Assembly (NCBI GenBank): GCA_046260685.1
Contig: JBHEOR010000003.1
Location: 1 to 62,641, forward strand
Length of the DNA stretch: 62,641 nt
Origin: Desulfopila sp.
Lineage (GTDB): Bacteria > Desulfobacterota > Desulfobulbia > Desulfobulbales > Desulfocapsaceae
Reading direction: 5' to 3'
Part shown: piece after piece, positions 29,078 to 40,430 of the stretch
Layout: each line of letters opens with the position of its first letter
How positions within the stretch are numbered: position 1 is the first letter of the stretch
The notes under the pieces: model-generated
The model's database searches: none
Seen by the model: the letters and a program-made list of their open reading frames with translations, nothing else
Told to the model about the DNA's origin: nothing
Translations under genes and position numbers: made by a program

Positions 29078-30814
29078 ATGCGCCATCACAGCATACTCAA
29101 ACCACACCATCTGGTTGCGCACCTTCTACTCGTCGGGCTGTTGTTCTTTACGGCCGGTTGCACCACCAACCAAACCTCGGCGTCCGCCATTCCCCGGAAA
29201 AACATTTCCGCCGAGGCCACCGATACCTCCTGTTCCTATTTTTATTTTCTCTGGGGCAATACCGCAGAATACAGCGGCCGCTATGGTGAGGCCCTGGAGG
29301 CTTTTGAGAAAGCAGCGATCTGTGATCCACAGGCCGATTATATCAAAGAAAGGATTCCCGTACTGCTCATTAAACTCGAACGTTATGACGAAGCCAGTGC
29401 CTGGCTTGAGGGCTACCTTGCCCGGCAACCGCAAAAAACAGTGCAGCGCTTCATGCTGGCCCGCCTCAAACTGCAAGAAGGCAAAGATGATGAGGCAATC
29501 GAACTCTTCCGCCAAGCTTTGGCAAACGACCCCGGCAACAACACCATACGATTGCGGCTCGGAATACTGCACGCCAAAAAGAAAGAATATGACATTGCCG
29601 AAAAGATCTTTAACGACATACTGAAAACACGACCAAACTCCTACTTTGCAACACTCTATCTTGCCCGCCTCTATGCCGAGCAAGGGGCCTTGCAGCTTGC
29701 GGAAAAAAAATATACAGCGGCACTCTCTTATAACTGGTCAAAAAAACTGGCCTACGAGGTAGCCGAATTCTACAATCTCCGCAAAGATTTCTCCGCGGCG
29801 CAGCAGATCTATAAAGATATCCTGGCACGAGACGATGAAGCTGAACGGGCTGCCCTGGGTATGGTCCAAACCTATCTCTTTCTCCAGAAAAGCGAATCGG
29901 CTCTGCAGGAGCTCGACCACATTCGCACGTACACCAAAAATCCGCAGCGTATAGATCTTGTGCGCAGTCAGATACTCATTAACATTGGTGAAAACCAGCG
30001 AGCACAGGATATTCTGGTTGAACTCCTCAAAAAAACTCCTCTTGCCCAGGCCCGGTATCTGCTTGGCGCCATTTACTATGAACAAATGCATTTCAGTAAG
30101 GCCCTTGCCATACTGGCCAAAATCCCGGCTGAAGCAAAGGAATATCAGGACGCGGTTATGCTTCGAGTACGTATTCTGGAAGAAGCCGACAGGTCCGAGG
30201 AATCCATTGCCCTGCTCCAACAGGTGCTGGATCAAGCAAATACGCGGATCCCCCGGTTCTACTCGCTGCTTGCCGCAATTTTCGAGAAACGCAACGCACG
30301 GGCGCAGGCCCTGGAAGTACTGGCCGAAGGAATAGACATTTTCCCCGAAAATGAACCGCTGTTATATGAGTATGCCATCCTTGAGGAAAAAGCAGGCAAC
30401 CATGCAACGGCCATGGCCGCCATGGAAAAGATTCTGTCACTGAATATCAACAATGCCGATGCTCTTAATTTCATCGGCTACAGCTGGGCCGACAACAACA
30501 TCAACCTCGACAAAGCCTATGAATATATTCAAAAGGCTTTGGAATTAAAGCCGGAAAGCGGCTATATTCAGGACAGCCTCGGCTGGGTGTACTACCGCAT
30601 GCAGCACTTTGAGAAGGCACGTAATGCTCTGCAAAAGGCCATCGAACTGGAACCGGAGGACCCCTACATTTACGAGCACCTGGGAGACACCTATAACGCT
30701 CTGGGCGACGGCAAGAAAGCTCGCCAATATTTGAAAAAGGCCCGAGAGCTGCTCACCGAACCTGAAAAAATTGAAGCCATCGACAAAAAAATCAACGGCA
30801 TATCTGATGAATAA
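29078..30814 (+). CDS. TPR-repeat lipoprotein
   Basis: Lipobox-like FTAGC, TPR periodicity, and C-terminal ALNFIGYSWAD...DSLGWVYY...EHLGD. Confidence 0.88.
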   Translation: MRHHSILKPHHLVAHLLLVGLLFFTAGCTTNQTSASAIPRKNISAEATDTSCSYFYFLWGNTAEYSGRYGEALEAFEKAAICDPQADYIKERIPVLLIKLERYDEASAWLEGYLARQPQKTVQRFMLARLKLQEGKDDEAIELFRQALANDPGNNTIRLRLGILHAKKKEYDIAEKIFNDILKTRPNSYFATLYLARLYAEQGALQLAEKKYTAALSYNWSKKLAYEVAEFYNLRKDFSAAQQIYKDILARDDEAERAALGMVQTYLFLQKSESALQELDHIRTYTKNPQRIDLVRSQILINIGENQRAQDILVELLKKTPLAQARYLLGAIYYEQMHFSKALAILAKIPAEAKEYQDAVMLRVRILEEADRSEESIALLQQVLDQANTRIPRFYSLLAAIFEKRNARAQALEVLAEGIDIFPENEPLLYEYAILEEKAGNHATAMAAMEKILSLNINNADALNFIGYSWADNNINLDKAYEYIQKALELKPESGYIQDSLGWVYYRMQHFEKARNALQKAIELEPEDPYIYEHLGDTYNALGDGKKARQYLKKARELLTEPEKIEAIDKKINGISDE

Positions 30815-31616
30815 GCGATATTACAGCATACTGGGACTTCTTGTTGTTGTTTTCCTGGCGGGTGGTTGTGCCCAAAAACAATGGCGCGATCCCCTTGAAG
30901 AAAACGAGCAAAAATCAGCACGGAAACGCATCACCGAACACCTTGAAAAACGGCGAAGCTGCACTTCAAGTTTCGATGCCGAGATATCGGCCACCTGGGA
31001 ATCCAGGATCGGTGACGGAGGGCTCAACGGCTACCTCAAAATCCTGCTGCCCTCATCGGTGAAGGTGATCGCTTTGAACCCTCTGGGCCAGGCGCTTTAT
31101 GCCTTTGCCACGGACGGCACCACCTTCCAGACCATCAATGCCGGGGGGCAGGTGTATAAATACGGCAAGGTTGCAAGCTTTGTCAGTAAGCACTCGCTCC
31201 CTGAAAATCTATTCCATGGCGAGTGGGCCCAGTGGCTTACCGGCAGCCTGCACCTCAAAATCGAACAATCAGGCACGCTGCTCCAGGATGCTGCATCGCG
31301 CGGCATCTGGCTCGTCCTGGAGCTCGAGGAAAGCCGGGCCTTCACCCATGAATATCTGCTCTTTGATACCAGCGGCAAGCGTCTGCTGGAGCGCGTCGCC
31401 ATCGACGAATATGGCAATGAAAGCGATAGAATCATCTACGAGCAATGGAAGACAGTGGACAAATGCCCTGTACCGACTGCCATGGAGATCCAGGGCGCAT
31501 CCTATGGGGCCACCATTCAAATAACCCTGAAGAACATCCTTATTGACAGGAAATTCACCAAAGAGCAATTTGCGCTACAGCCTCCATCCGGCTATCTTCG
31601 CAAATTTTATCCGTGA
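30807..31616 (+). CDS. Lipoprotein, possibly of LolB/LolA-like fold
   Basis: Lipobox LAGGC; beta-rich; ends F.LQPPSG; follows the TPR gene. The fold is an inference. Confidence 0.65.
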   Translation: MNKRYYSILGLLVVVFLAGGCAQKQWRDPLEENEQKSARKRITEHLEKRRSCTSSFDAEISATWESRIGDGGLNGYLKILLPSSVKVIALNPLGQALYAFATDGTTFQTINAGGQVYKYGKVASFVSKHSLPENLFHGEWAQWLTGSLHLKIEQSGTLLQDAASRGIWLVLELEESRAFTHEYLLFDTSGKRLLERVAIDEYGNESDRIIYEQWKTVDKCPVPTAMEIQGASYGATIQITLKNILIDRKFTKEQFALQPPSGYLRKFYP

Positions 31617-31636
31617 GATCCGGGGGCACTTCATGG

Positions 31637-32734
31637 TCAGTTTGCCGAGCCATTGTCACCCAGTTTACTGATAATAACGACAAAGAGGTTATCCTCTTTA
31701 AAAAAGACCTGTTTAAGATCATAGGTAGCATTTCCCCGTAACGTGAGTAAGACCCGTATTTTCCTGGGTGCCTCCATACTTCGCACTTCAACGGTGTTGA
31801 TAAACACCCCGCCGGTCTCCAGCACAGGCTCGACACCATCTTCCACAACGCCATTGTCAAACTCACAGACCACCAGCAGTTCATTGCTCTCTGCTGAATA
31901 CACCATTGGCGGATAAAATCCGTTCAACTGAAAAAGAACCATTTCCTTGTCATTGGTACTGCGCTCATAGCTGACATCGACAAGCTTTGGCCCCTCTTTT
32001 AAAGGTTTTTTGGTGGCAGGTTTTTTGGTGGCTTTTGGTGGACTTTGCCGAGGGGTGCCTTCCTCGTGTTTGCCTTTAACTGCCTGTCTTTGCTCGGTTT
32101 CACCTGCTTTTTCGGTTTTTTCAATTTTCTCGGGCGTGGTCTTTGCCCCCGTGTTTTTGGTGTCCGGCTGCATGGTCGGCGACGCCGGGGCGGATGTCGG
32201 CTTGATCGAAGAAACCTCCGTGTCCGCTACTCCGGCGGAGTCTGTATCGTCATCTACGGCAGAAGGGGTCTCGGGTAGTATATGCAGGCCCGGCCCACTT
32301 TTTCTGTCTTGTCTTGCAGACACTGTCTGCTCAGAGGATATGATAACTCTATACGTTGTATCCGACAGCCGGTATTCTCTGGAAAAAACCAGCGGGACAT
32401 CTTTTACGAGATCAAGAACAACCCGCGTCTTGGCAGTTGGCGCAGCATGCACCCCCACCCGTATTCTTTTAACAAAACCGCCCTCTGCTGCAATGATTCG
32501 CGGTTGTTCAGACGGATAAACGGTGGCCGGAAAATCCAGTACAAAACGCGGCTGTTCTCCTTTCAACTCAAAGGTTTCAGGCTCCACTCCGCCACTGAGA
32601 CGAATCTGGACGATTTCACGCTGTTCCTGCTGCTGAAAACTGATGGATTGTATCGTGACATCATTCTGACCGGCGGCAAAGGCTGTGCAACAGGACGTAA
32701 GAAATGCCAAAAAAAGGTGTACAAAATATTTCAT
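31637..32734 (-). CDS. AMIN-domain secreted protein
   Basis: Signal peptide, PRFVLDF and RIRVGVH...TRVVLDL. A low-complexity linker leads to a second similar domain. Confidence 0.8.
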   Translation of the reverse strand: MKYFVHLFLAFLTSCCTAFAAGQNDVTIQSISFQQQEQREIVQIRLSGGVEPETFELKGEQPRFVLDFPATVYPSEQPRIIAAEGGFVKRIRVGVHAAPTAKTRVVLDLVKDVPLVFSREYRLSDTTYRVIISSEQTVSARQDRKSGPGLHILPETPSAVDDDTDSAGVADTEVSSIKPTSAPASPTMQPDTKNTGAKTTPEKIEKTEKAGETEQRQAVKGKHEEGTPRQSPPKATKKPATKKPLKEGPKLVDVSYERSTNDKEMVLFQLNGFYPPMVYSAESNELLVVCEFDNGVVEDGVEPVLETGGVFINTVEVRSMEAPRKIRVLLTLRGNATYDLKQVFFKEDNLFVVIISKLGDNGSAN

Positions 32735-32909
32735 GCAGGTATCTCGTTGTCGTTGATAATCCATGAAAAGGTGTTGAACAGTATGAGCATACTCCATATT
32801 GAATAATGCATCCTGACTTGAAAAGTCAACTGTTTTCCGTTAAAGCTATGAGGGTGCCGAACCTCCCTCTGACGTATCATAAGCGGGAAGGATAAAACAT
32901 CCCTAAGCT

Positions 32910-32987
32910 TTGGTACTACGCCCTGGTACTACACCTTGGTACTACACCTTGGTACTACAGCTTGGCACTACGACTTGAGACTACGGC
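32910..32987. repeat. Tandem repeat, 13-bp unit TTGGTACTACACC x6 (degenerating)
   Basis: ttggtactacgcc ctggtactacacc ttggtactacacc ttggtactacagc ttggcactacgac ttgagactacggc. Confidence 0.85.
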
Positions 32988-33081
32988 AGGTAAGTACATT
33001 GAATGCATATCCAGCGTAACGATTTGGCCAATGGTGCAAATCCACCAGACAACCACCGCGGAAAAAACATACGAACAGGCA

Positions 33082-35613
33082 ATGAACTCTTCTAATCCGG
33101 AGCTTTCTCTCGCCAGAGAATACATCTACCAGACCGGCTGTCACCTCTTTCTCACCGGTAAAGCGGGAACCGGCAAGACCACTTTTCTGCAAACCCTCAA
33201 AGAGGATTGCCCCAAGCGTATGGCGGTTACCGCTCCCACCGGTGTGGCGGCAATCAACTGCGGCGGCGTTACATTGCACTCCCTGTTCCAGCTGCCCTTC
33301 GCTCCTTTTTTACCGGACAATCCCAACACACGGCCGCATTACCGCTTCAGCAAGGACAAAAAGGCGCTTATTACCAGCCTCGACCTGCTGGTCATCGATG
33401 AGATAAGCATGGTCCGGGCCGATGTGCTGGATGGTGTCGATGATGTGCTGCGCCGTCTGCGCCGCAGCGATAAACCATTTGGCGGAGTACAGCTACTCAT
33501 GATCGGTGATCTTTTCCAGCTGCCGCCGGTGGTCAAAAATGAGGAACAGGCTCTGCTTGCCGCACATTACGACTCCCCCTATTTTTTCAGCAGCAAAGCT
33601 CTGGCCGCCGACCAACCGGCTACCATAGAACTGCAAAAGATATACCGCCAGACCGATACGTTCTTCATAGAACTGCTCAACAAGGTCAGAAACAACACTC
33701 TTGATGAGACGACCCTTGCTTCTCTCAACGCTAACGTGCAAAAAGATGCATCGACGGATAAAAACAGCGGCACCATTACCCTGTGCAGCCATAACAGGCA
33801 GGCGGATAATCTCAACCGTGCCACGCTTGCCGCACTGCCGACCCCGTCCCATATATTCGAGGCTGATATCGAGGGAGAGTTCCCCGACCATACCTATCCA
33901 ACCAGCTCCAGCCTCACCCTGAAAAAGGGTGCTCAGGTCATGTTCATCCGCAACGATGTGAGCCTTGACAAACGTTTTTATAACGGCAAGATCGGCACTA
34001 TTACGCATATTTCCAGGGATGGTATTCGGGTCGGCTGCCCTGGAGACAAGGAGGAGATAGAGGTTGAAGCCTCCACCTGGGAAAACATTGAATACAAACT
34101 CGAGGAAGAAACCCAGGAGATACGGGAAAAGAAAATCGGCGCTTTCCGTCAGTACCCCTTACGGCTGGCCTGGGCAATCACCATCCACAAAAGTCAGGGA
34201 CTCACCTTTGAAAAAGCCGTTATCGATGCCCACTCTGCCTTTGCCCACGGCCAGGTCTATGTCGCCCTGAGCCGCTGCCGTACCTTTGAAGGCATGCGGC
34301 TCTCTACACCGCTCAGTGCCAAAGCGATACACACCGACCCGGCCGTTGTCGAGTTCAGTCAACAAAGCCAAGGCAACCAGCCGACCACCGAGCAACTGGA
34401 GACAACCAGAGCACTCTATCAACAGCGCCTCATGCTGGAGTGTTTCGATTGCAGGCGACTGCGTTCCCTGCTGCGCCACTTTGTTTCTTTGGTGCTTGGC
34501 AACAAAAGTGTCATCCACATTTCCGGAGTTGAGGATCTTACGAGACTGCAGCAGCACGCCGAAAACGATATCTTCACCATCAGCGTTAATTTTCAACGAC
34601 AGCTTCGCTCTCTTTTCAGCCAGACAACACCACCGGCGCAGGATAGCCATATTGTCGAACGGCTCACTAAAGCAGCAGCCTATTTCACGGACAAAATCAC
34701 TTCGATTCTGGTTCCGCCACTTGCGTCCCTCCACATAGATACCGATAATAAGGAGCTTGCCAAAAAAACCGGCAATATCCTCAAACTCCTCGACGAGGAG
34801 GTGAACATCAAACTGGCCGCGGTGCAGAGCTGCCGGGATGGCTTTTCACCACCCCATTATTTTCGCGCCATTTCCGCAGCCGCCGTCAATGCCCAAAAAA
34901 CAGCGACAAAGAAAAAACCCGCAACGGGTGCTAACGCCACTCCCACCTACTCCGAATCGGACATTGCCCATGCCGAGCTTTTCTCCTCACTGAAAAAATG
35001 GCGCAGTGACAAGGCTGAAAGCCAGGGGATACCTCATTTCCAGGTACTGCACCAGAAAACCCTTATCCAGCTGGTCGTCCATCTGCCAAATTCACTCAAC
35101 GCTTTGGAATCAATCAAAGGAATAGGCCCCAAACTCTCAGAACGCTATGGCGATGAGATTATTGGCATTATTCAACAGTACCGAACGGACAACAACATTG
35201 AACAGGTTATTCTGCCGCAGCCTTGCATAACGGAAACCGGCCCAAAAGATGCAGGTTCAACGGAATCACACAGGGAAAGCACCACGAAGCGGGAGGATAC
35301 CACCAAGGATACCAGGCAACAGACGCTTGAACTCTTTGAGCAGGGCTTGAACATCGGCCAAATAGCAAAACAGCGCCAACTCAAGGAATCCACCATTGAA
35401 ACCCACATGGCCTGTCTTGTTGAACAGGGACAGGTTGCGGCCGCAGCACTTCTGAGCACCGAAAAGCTTGCGGAGTTGCAAGAAAAGATAGAAGCCATGG
35501 AACAACAGCCTCTCAAATCCATAAAAGAGGCCCTGCCCCAATCCACTACCTATGGCGAGATACGGATCGCCCAGGCCCATATCAAATACATGGAAACTGC
35601 TAAAGAAAAATGA
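33082..35613 (+). CDS. Pif1/RecD-like SF1B helicase with HRDC and C-terminal HTH domains
   Basis: GKAGTGKT, APTGVAA, IDEISM, GDLFQLPPV, AITIHKSQG, YVALSR; HRDC-like LKKWR...IKGIGP. Start set at ATG 33082. Confidence 0.9.
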   Translation: MNSSNPELSLAREYIYQTGCHLFLTGKAGTGKTTFLQTLKEDCPKRMAVTAPTGVAAINCGGVTLHSLFQLPFAPFLPDNPNTRPHYRFSKDKKALITSLDLLVIDEISMVRADVLDGVDDVLRRLRRSDKPFGGVQLLMIGDLFQLPPVVKNEEQALLAAHYDSPYFFSSKALAADQPATIELQKIYRQTDTFFIELLNKVRNNTLDETTLASLNANVQKDASTDKNSGTITLCSHNRQADNLNRATLAALPTPSHIFEADIEGEFPDHTYPTSSSLTLKKGAQVMFIRNDVSLDKRFYNGKIGTITHISRDGIRVGCPGDKEEIEVEASTWENIEYKLEEETQEIREKKIGAFRQYPLRLAWAITIHKSQGLTFEKAVIDAHSAFAHGQVYVALSRCRTFEGMRLSTPLSAKAIHTDPAVVEFSQQSQGNQPTTEQLETTRALYQQRLMLECFDCRRLRSLLRHFVSLVLGNKSVIHISGVEDLTRLQQHAENDIFTISVNFQRQLRSLFSQTTPPAQDSHIVERLTKAAAYFTDKITSILVPPLASLHIDTDNKELAKKTGNILKLLDEEVNIKLAAVQSCRDGFSPPHYFRAISAAAVNAQKTATKKKPATGANATPTYSESDIAHAELFSSLKKWRSDKAESQGIPHFQVLHQKTLIQLVVHLPNSLNALESIKGIGPKLSERYGDEIIGIIQQYRTDNNIEQVILPQPCITETGPKDAGSTESHRESTTKREDTTKDTRQQTLELFEQGLNIGQIAKQRQLKESTIETHMACLVEQGQVAAAALLSTEKLAELQEKIEAMEQQPLKSIKEALPQSTTYGEIRIAQAHIKYMETAKEK

Positions 35614-35706
35614 CAGGCAACTAACAGCCGGAACAGCACTCATCCGAGATGCAAGCTGAACTTTTTTGATACCTCAATCCTCAAAAAACATCATCAGGAG
35701 CAGACA

Positions 35707-36558
35707 ATGCAGGAGTATTTAGATCTTTGTCACCGTGTTATCGAAACAGGCGAGTGGGTGGAAAATGCGCGCACCGGCAAAAGGTGCCTGACGGTGATCA
35801 ATGCAGATCTGGAATATGATGTCAGCGATGCAACCCTTCCCGTTCTTACAACCAAAAAATTGTTATGGAAACCGGCAATCGCCGAAATGCTGGGCTACCT
35901 GCGCGGCTACACAAACGCGGCTGACTTTCGAAAAATCGGCTGCAATACCTGGAACGCCAACGCCAATGACAACCCGAACTGGCTCGCCAACCCTTTCCGC
36001 AGGGGCACGGATGATATGGGCCGCTGCTATGGCGCCCAGGGACGGGACTGGCGCAATCCGGAAGGAAAATCCATTGATCAGCTGAAAAATGTCTACAACG
36101 ACCTCCGCCAAGGCATCGATAACCGTTGTGAAATCATGACCTTCATGAACCCCGGAGAACGCGATCGCGCCTGTCTCAATGCCTGCATGCACACCCACAC
36201 CTTCAGCATTCTGGGTGACAGGTTGTATTTGACCTCCTATCAGCGCTCTGACGATCTCCCCCTGGGACACGGCTTCAATCAGGTTCAGGTCGGCTGGCTG
36301 CTCATGATCATGGCGCAGATTACCGGCCTCAAACCGGCCAGAGCCTTCCATAAAATTATCAATGTTCACGTCTATGAAGACCAGCTGGAATTACTTCGAA
36401 AAGTGCAGCTCAAACGAAAGCCCTACCCCCTGCCGAAGCTGAAAATCAACCCGGCCATAGAGACTCTGGAGGACCTGGAAACCTGGGTTACTCCCGATGA
36501 CTTCGAACTGCTGGACTACCGGCACCATCCAGGAATACAATTTCCTTTCAGTGTCTGA
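35707..36558 (+). CDS. thyA: Thymidylate synthase
   Basis: RTG, P.LTTKK, YGAQGR.W, catalytic C in NACMH, YQRS.D..LG..FN and HVYEDQ. Confidence 0.92.
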   Translation: MQEYLDLCHRVIETGEWVENARTGKRCLTVINADLEYDVSDATLPVLTTKKLLWKPAIAEMLGYLRGYTNAADFRKIGCNTWNANANDNPNWLANPFRRGTDDMGRCYGAQGRDWRNPEGKSIDQLKNVYNDLRQGIDNRCEIMTFMNPGERDRACLNACMHTHTFSILGDRLYLTSYQRSDDLPLGHGFNQVQVGWLLMIMAQITGLKPARAFHKIINVHVYEDQLELLRKVQLKRKPYPLPKLKINPAIETLEDLETWVTPDDFELLDYRHHPGIQFPFSV

Positions 36559-36623
36559 TGGATACGGCCTGCGCGGAAAATCTCAAATCTCCCGGATGCC
36601 CGCCATAATCAGCGTTACTTTAT

Positions 36624-37916
36624 TCATGATCCGGCCGAACCGGTTGAATACTGAAAGCCGTTTTCGTTAAATAATTTTAGACAGGCATCCACCACCACCG
36701 CATCATAAAAGATACCTTTATTGCTGCTGATCTCCTCCAGGGCCGCTTCTCTGCCAAGACTCGCCCGATAGGGGCGATGGGTCTCCATGGTTTCCACCAC
36801 ATCGGCAACACAGAGTATTCTTGCTTCCATGAGGATTTCATCGCCTGCCAGTCCCTGGGGATAGCCCGAGCCATCTATTTTTTCATGGTGCTGCAGGACG
36901 ATCTGATCGACCGACCAGGGAAAATCTATCTGTTGTAATATGTCATACGCCACCCTGGGATGCCGTTTAATCAGCTGCAGCTCGGCTTCGTTAAGGATTC
37001 CCGGCTTGCTGAGAATCTCACCGGGAACGGAAATCTTGCCCATGTCATGGATCAAGCCGGCCATCTGCAGCCCCTTTTTCTCATGCGCGCAAAGCTGCAG
37101 CTCCGCCGCAATTGCCAGGGCCAGCTCGGTGGTGCGCCGCTGGTGTCCGGCTGTATAGGGATCGCGTTCTTCCAGGGTAAGCGACATGGCATTGACAATC
37201 TCATCGAGGCCTCTCTGCAATTGCAGATGAGAGCGGCTCAACTCCTCCTGCGCAAGTTTGCGCTCCTCAATTTCCTGCAGCAGCCGGCGGTTTAAGGCGG
37301 TCAGCTCGGCTGTACGTTCGGCGACGATACTTTCCAGAAGGTCATGGTGCTTTTTGAGCGTGTCCTCTGCCTCCATCTCCTTGGAAACGATGGTAAGAAA
37401 GCCAAAGGACAGGCAGATACTATCCTGTTCGTATGCTTCGATGCGGGCCTGATCCTTGAGCCAGACGACTCTACTGCTTGCAAAACAATCACTGACAATT
37501 TTATAGACCGCTTCAATCTTGCCCGCCTGCTTTCCCTCTTCACGCAGTTGATCTCGGATATCAATCATTTCATCATGAGATTTCACCTCTTTTTCCACCC
37601 CATTGGCTGGATCCGGAGTGCCGTATATACGGCGGTCTTTGACGCTATTGCGAAAAACATCTGCAATTTCATGAGGATCACAACCAAAAAGAGCGAGAAG
37701 GTTGGTGCCGGTATACTCATACCATATATCCTGATCCTTCTCCTGCCATGCTGCAATATAAAGCATTGCCGTCGTTCCCGTGCTCTCAAATGCCTGATAG
37801 CATTTGATATACTTCATGAGGTTCTGCTTTAAACCGTTTGAATAGTTATCAGAGTGGAGAATTCGACCCTGATAGGCGTGTATTTCTGAAATCTGCTGGT
37901 CTTCCAAAATCGGCAT
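36624..37916 (-). CDS. HD-GYP phosphodiesterase with N-terminal sensory (PAS-like) region and coiled coil
   Basis: RDPYTAGHQRR, IHDMGK, HHEKIDGSGYP, VADV and HRPYR. Confidence 0.9.
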   Translation of the reverse strand: MPILEDQQISEIHAYQGRILHSDNYSNGLKQNLMKYIKCYQAFESTGTTAMLYIAAWQEKDQDIWYEYTGTNLLALFGCDPHEIADVFRNSVKDRRIYGTPDPANGVEKEVKSHDEMIDIRDQLREEGKQAGKIEAVYKIVSDCFASSRVVWLKDQARIEAYEQDSICLSFGFLTIVSKEMEAEDTLKKHHDLLESIVAERTAELTALNRRLLQEIEERKLAQEELSRSHLQLQRGLDEIVNAMSLTLEERDPYTAGHQRRTTELALAIAAELQLCAHEKKGLQMAGLIHDMGKISVPGEILSKPGILNEAELQLIKRHPRVAYDILQQIDFPWSVDQIVLQHHEKIDGSGYPQGLAGDEILMEARILCVADVVETMETHRPYRASLGREAALEEISSNKGIFYDAVVVDACLKLFNENGFQYSTGSAGS

Positions 37917-37931
37917 GGTTACATAATGGTT

Positions 37932-38714
37932 TTAAAAAGAATATGTATGATCCAGGAGGTTGATAAAATCCGCCATTGCGTTTAGAACCACCTCCCGAGC
38001 CTCCAGATGCGGGGCATGGCCGCAACCCTCGATGATCAGCCGTTGAGCGGAGCTTGAAGATCCGGCAACAATGGCATCCACCTGCCCGATTGAACCATAC
38101 TGATCATCGGCGCCCTGGATAACCAGCAGCGGTGCGGCAATCCCCTCCAGCAGGTTTTCAATAGTCCATTCTCTGAACCAGTGGGCAAGCCAGGTGTCAG
38201 TCCATGCCTTGAATACGGCCTCGGCCCTGGTGCCGTGGTATTTATCCAATCCGCGGAATTTGCCCTGCCGCCAGCCCCGCTCCGCCTCCTCAATACCCTC
38301 GATGGTGATCTGCTCGACAAAGACATGAGCCGCCTCTGTTATAACTCCCCGTAGCCTTCGAGGAGCCTGTGCGGCGTGAACCAGGGCAATACTTGCCCCA
38401 TCGGAATGCCCGATGAGAATATAGGGACAATCCGGAATAACCGCAGTCAATACTTCAGGCAGTTCCTGCAGTGCATATTCATGAATATAGTTCAACGTTC
38501 TGTCATTTCGCAGTGGTGAAGACCTGCCGTAACCCAACCGGTCATACACCACCCCGGCACATCCGGTGCGACGGCACAGCTGTTCCGGAAAATTTTTCCA
38601 CATGGCAGCACACCCCAGCCCCTCATGCAGAAACACTACATGCGGCCGGTGCGGGTCGCCATCAATGAGATGGTAATAAATAGCGTTGCTCTTGGAAATA
38701 TTGAGATACGGCAA
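37932..38714 (-). CDS. Alpha/beta hydrolase
   Basis: FLHEGLG, nucleophile GHSDG, QGADDQYG and GHAPH. The start is uncertain (TTG 38714 or ATG 38765). Confidence 0.9.
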   Translation of the reverse strand: MPYLNISKSNAIYYHLIDGDPHRPHVVFLHEGLGCAAMWKNFPEQLCRRTGCAGVVYDRLGYGRSSPLRNDRTLNYIHEYALQELPEVLTAVIPDCPYILIGHSDGASIALVHAAQAPRRLRGVITEAAHVFVEQITIEGIEEAERGWRQGKFRGLDKYHGTRAEAVFKAWTDTWLAHWFREWTIENLLEGIAAPLLVIQGADDQYGSIGQVDAIVAGSSSSAQRLIIEGCGHAPHLEAREVVLNAMADFINLLDHTYSF

Positions 38715-39273
38715 CTGCTTTCTCCATGGCAAAAGTCCGCGCAAAAATACCGCCATACTGCACATACTGCATCATAGTCGCGAAGCTTTATACTCTACCT
38801 TATTATACAGCGGCTCTTCAAGCCTTAACGGCAGAATTTCCATGGCATCTTGCCGGATACCCTGTCCTTTCCATTGATATTCCTCCTTTTTTTCATGCTT
38901 TGCTGGTACATCCTGTTTTCTCTTGCCAAAAAATGGCGGCTGCAATAGGCTGCATTCTACAACAGGCTACGTTCTACAACAGGCTCTGTTCAGGGTTTGG
39001 TACCACATTCATTTTTCATAATTTGAGGATTGCCATGGACCTGCATGCAGTACACCCCGACAAAGTAATGAGCGTTATCAAGCCCGGCAACCGCGTCTTT
39101 GGCAGATTATCGCCATGGGCACCTATGTCGATATCGGTCAAGAGCTGGCGGAAATCGAGCATGACGGAAACATGGTTGATATAACAATGGAATTCGATTT
39201 CGTGCCATAATCTGTTTTGGTTGCCTGCCAGGCTCGGATTGAATTGCGCTTTTAGCAATTTTATCATCATTTC

Positions 39274-39305
39274 TTAACATTTTACTAACAGAGCACCTTT
39301 ATAGT
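39274..39305 (+). promoter_or_regulatory. Putative PhoB/PhoP-type direct-repeat site and -10 element
   Basis: TTAACA-N5-CTAACA-N9-TATAGT upstream of the glycosyltransferase at 39357. Confidence 0.55.
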
Positions 39306-39356
39306 GCTCTTTGAAACTATGGATTACAACCATGCATTCTCGAGATACACTCCCCC

Positions 39357-40430
39357 ATGAATATACTTTACGGTGTCCAGACCACCGGCAACGGTCACAT
39401 TATCCGCTCCAAAGCAATGATACAAGCTCTGCAGCAACGCGGCCATGACGTCCATGCATTGCTGAGTGGCTGCACACAAAAAAAAATACTGGATGTTACA
39501 GCATTTCACTCTGTTGAACGGAAAAACGGTCTGACATTCGTGGTCGAAAACGGCCGGATCCGCTACCTGAAGACCGCCTTTCAGCTCAACTTTCTGTCTT
39601 TCTACAAGGACATAACAACATTTGACGGCGGCTGCTACGATCTCGTCATCACCGATTATGAACCGATAACAGCACGCATTGCCACACGAAACAAAATTCC
39701 CAGTATCGGCATCGGCCATCTCTATGCTTTTCAGCACAGGGTGCCCATCGCCAGGTCCAATCCCTTTCCGAAATTGATTATGAATCATTATGCCCCGGCA
39801 AAATATCCACTTGGACTTCACTGGCACCACTTTGACCAGCCGATCCTCCCTCCCACCATCCCGGAGGACATCCTTCACTGTTCTCCGGGAAACAGGGAAA
39901 AAGATCATTATCTCGTCTACCTGCCTTTTGAAGATGTAGGGGAGGTGGTGACCACTCTTGCCAAGCTGCCGCAATATACCTTCCGGATATACGCCAATGT
40001 TGAAAGGCCTCGCCTCGAAGGTCGTATTACCATTCTTCCCTTTTCCCGTGATGGTTTTATTAAGGATCTGGCAGCGTGTCGCGGCGTCATCTGCAATGCC
40101 GGTTTTTCCTTTATAAGTGAGGCCCTGCATCTGGGCAAAAAGATTCTGACCAAAGCAGTCGTGGGACAGCTTGAACAGCAGTCCAATGCCCTGGCACTGG
40201 AGCATCTGCAACTCGGTACAGCGGTTACTGCCATTACTCCGGCAATCATCGAACGGTGGATGAGTACTTCAGCCCCTTCACCGCTCAACTTCCCCAATGT
40301 TATCCCTCTGCTGGTCGATTGGATCACTTCCGAAAGCTATGATGATTACAACGAGTTAATTGCCCAAGCCTGGGGTGAGACCAGTATCTGCCAGGCTGAT
40401 TTACAGGAAGCAGCACTCTCCGGAATTTGA
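39357..40430 (+). CDS. GT-B glycosyltransferase, MJ1255/VC2487-like
   Basis: MNILYGVQTTGNGHIIRS, ITDYEP, GLHWHHF, YLPFE, NAGF...SEAL.LGK and GQLEQQSNA. Confidence 0.85.
   Translation: MNILYGVQTTGNGHIIRSKAMIQALQQRGHDVHALLSGCTQKKILDVTAFHSVERKNGLTFVVENGRIRYLKTAFQLNFLSFYKDITTFDGGCYDLVITDYEPITARIATRNKIPSIGIGHLYAFQHRVPIARSNPFPKLIMNHYAPAKYPLGLHWHHFDQPILPPTIPEDILHCSPGNREKDHYLVYLPFEDVGEVVTTLAKLPQYTFRIYANVERPRLEGRITILPFSRDGFIKDLAACRGVICNAGFSFISEALHLGKKILTKAVVGQLEQQSNALALEHLQLGTAVTAITPAIIERWMSTSAPSPLNFPNVIPLLVDWITSESYDDYNELIAQAWGETSICQADLQEAALSGI

Noticed and set aside
32962-33081. N-terminal extension of the helicase given in the ORF track
   Set aside because: It starts at a TTG inside the tandem repeat. 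Helicase-like sequence begins after ATG 33082.
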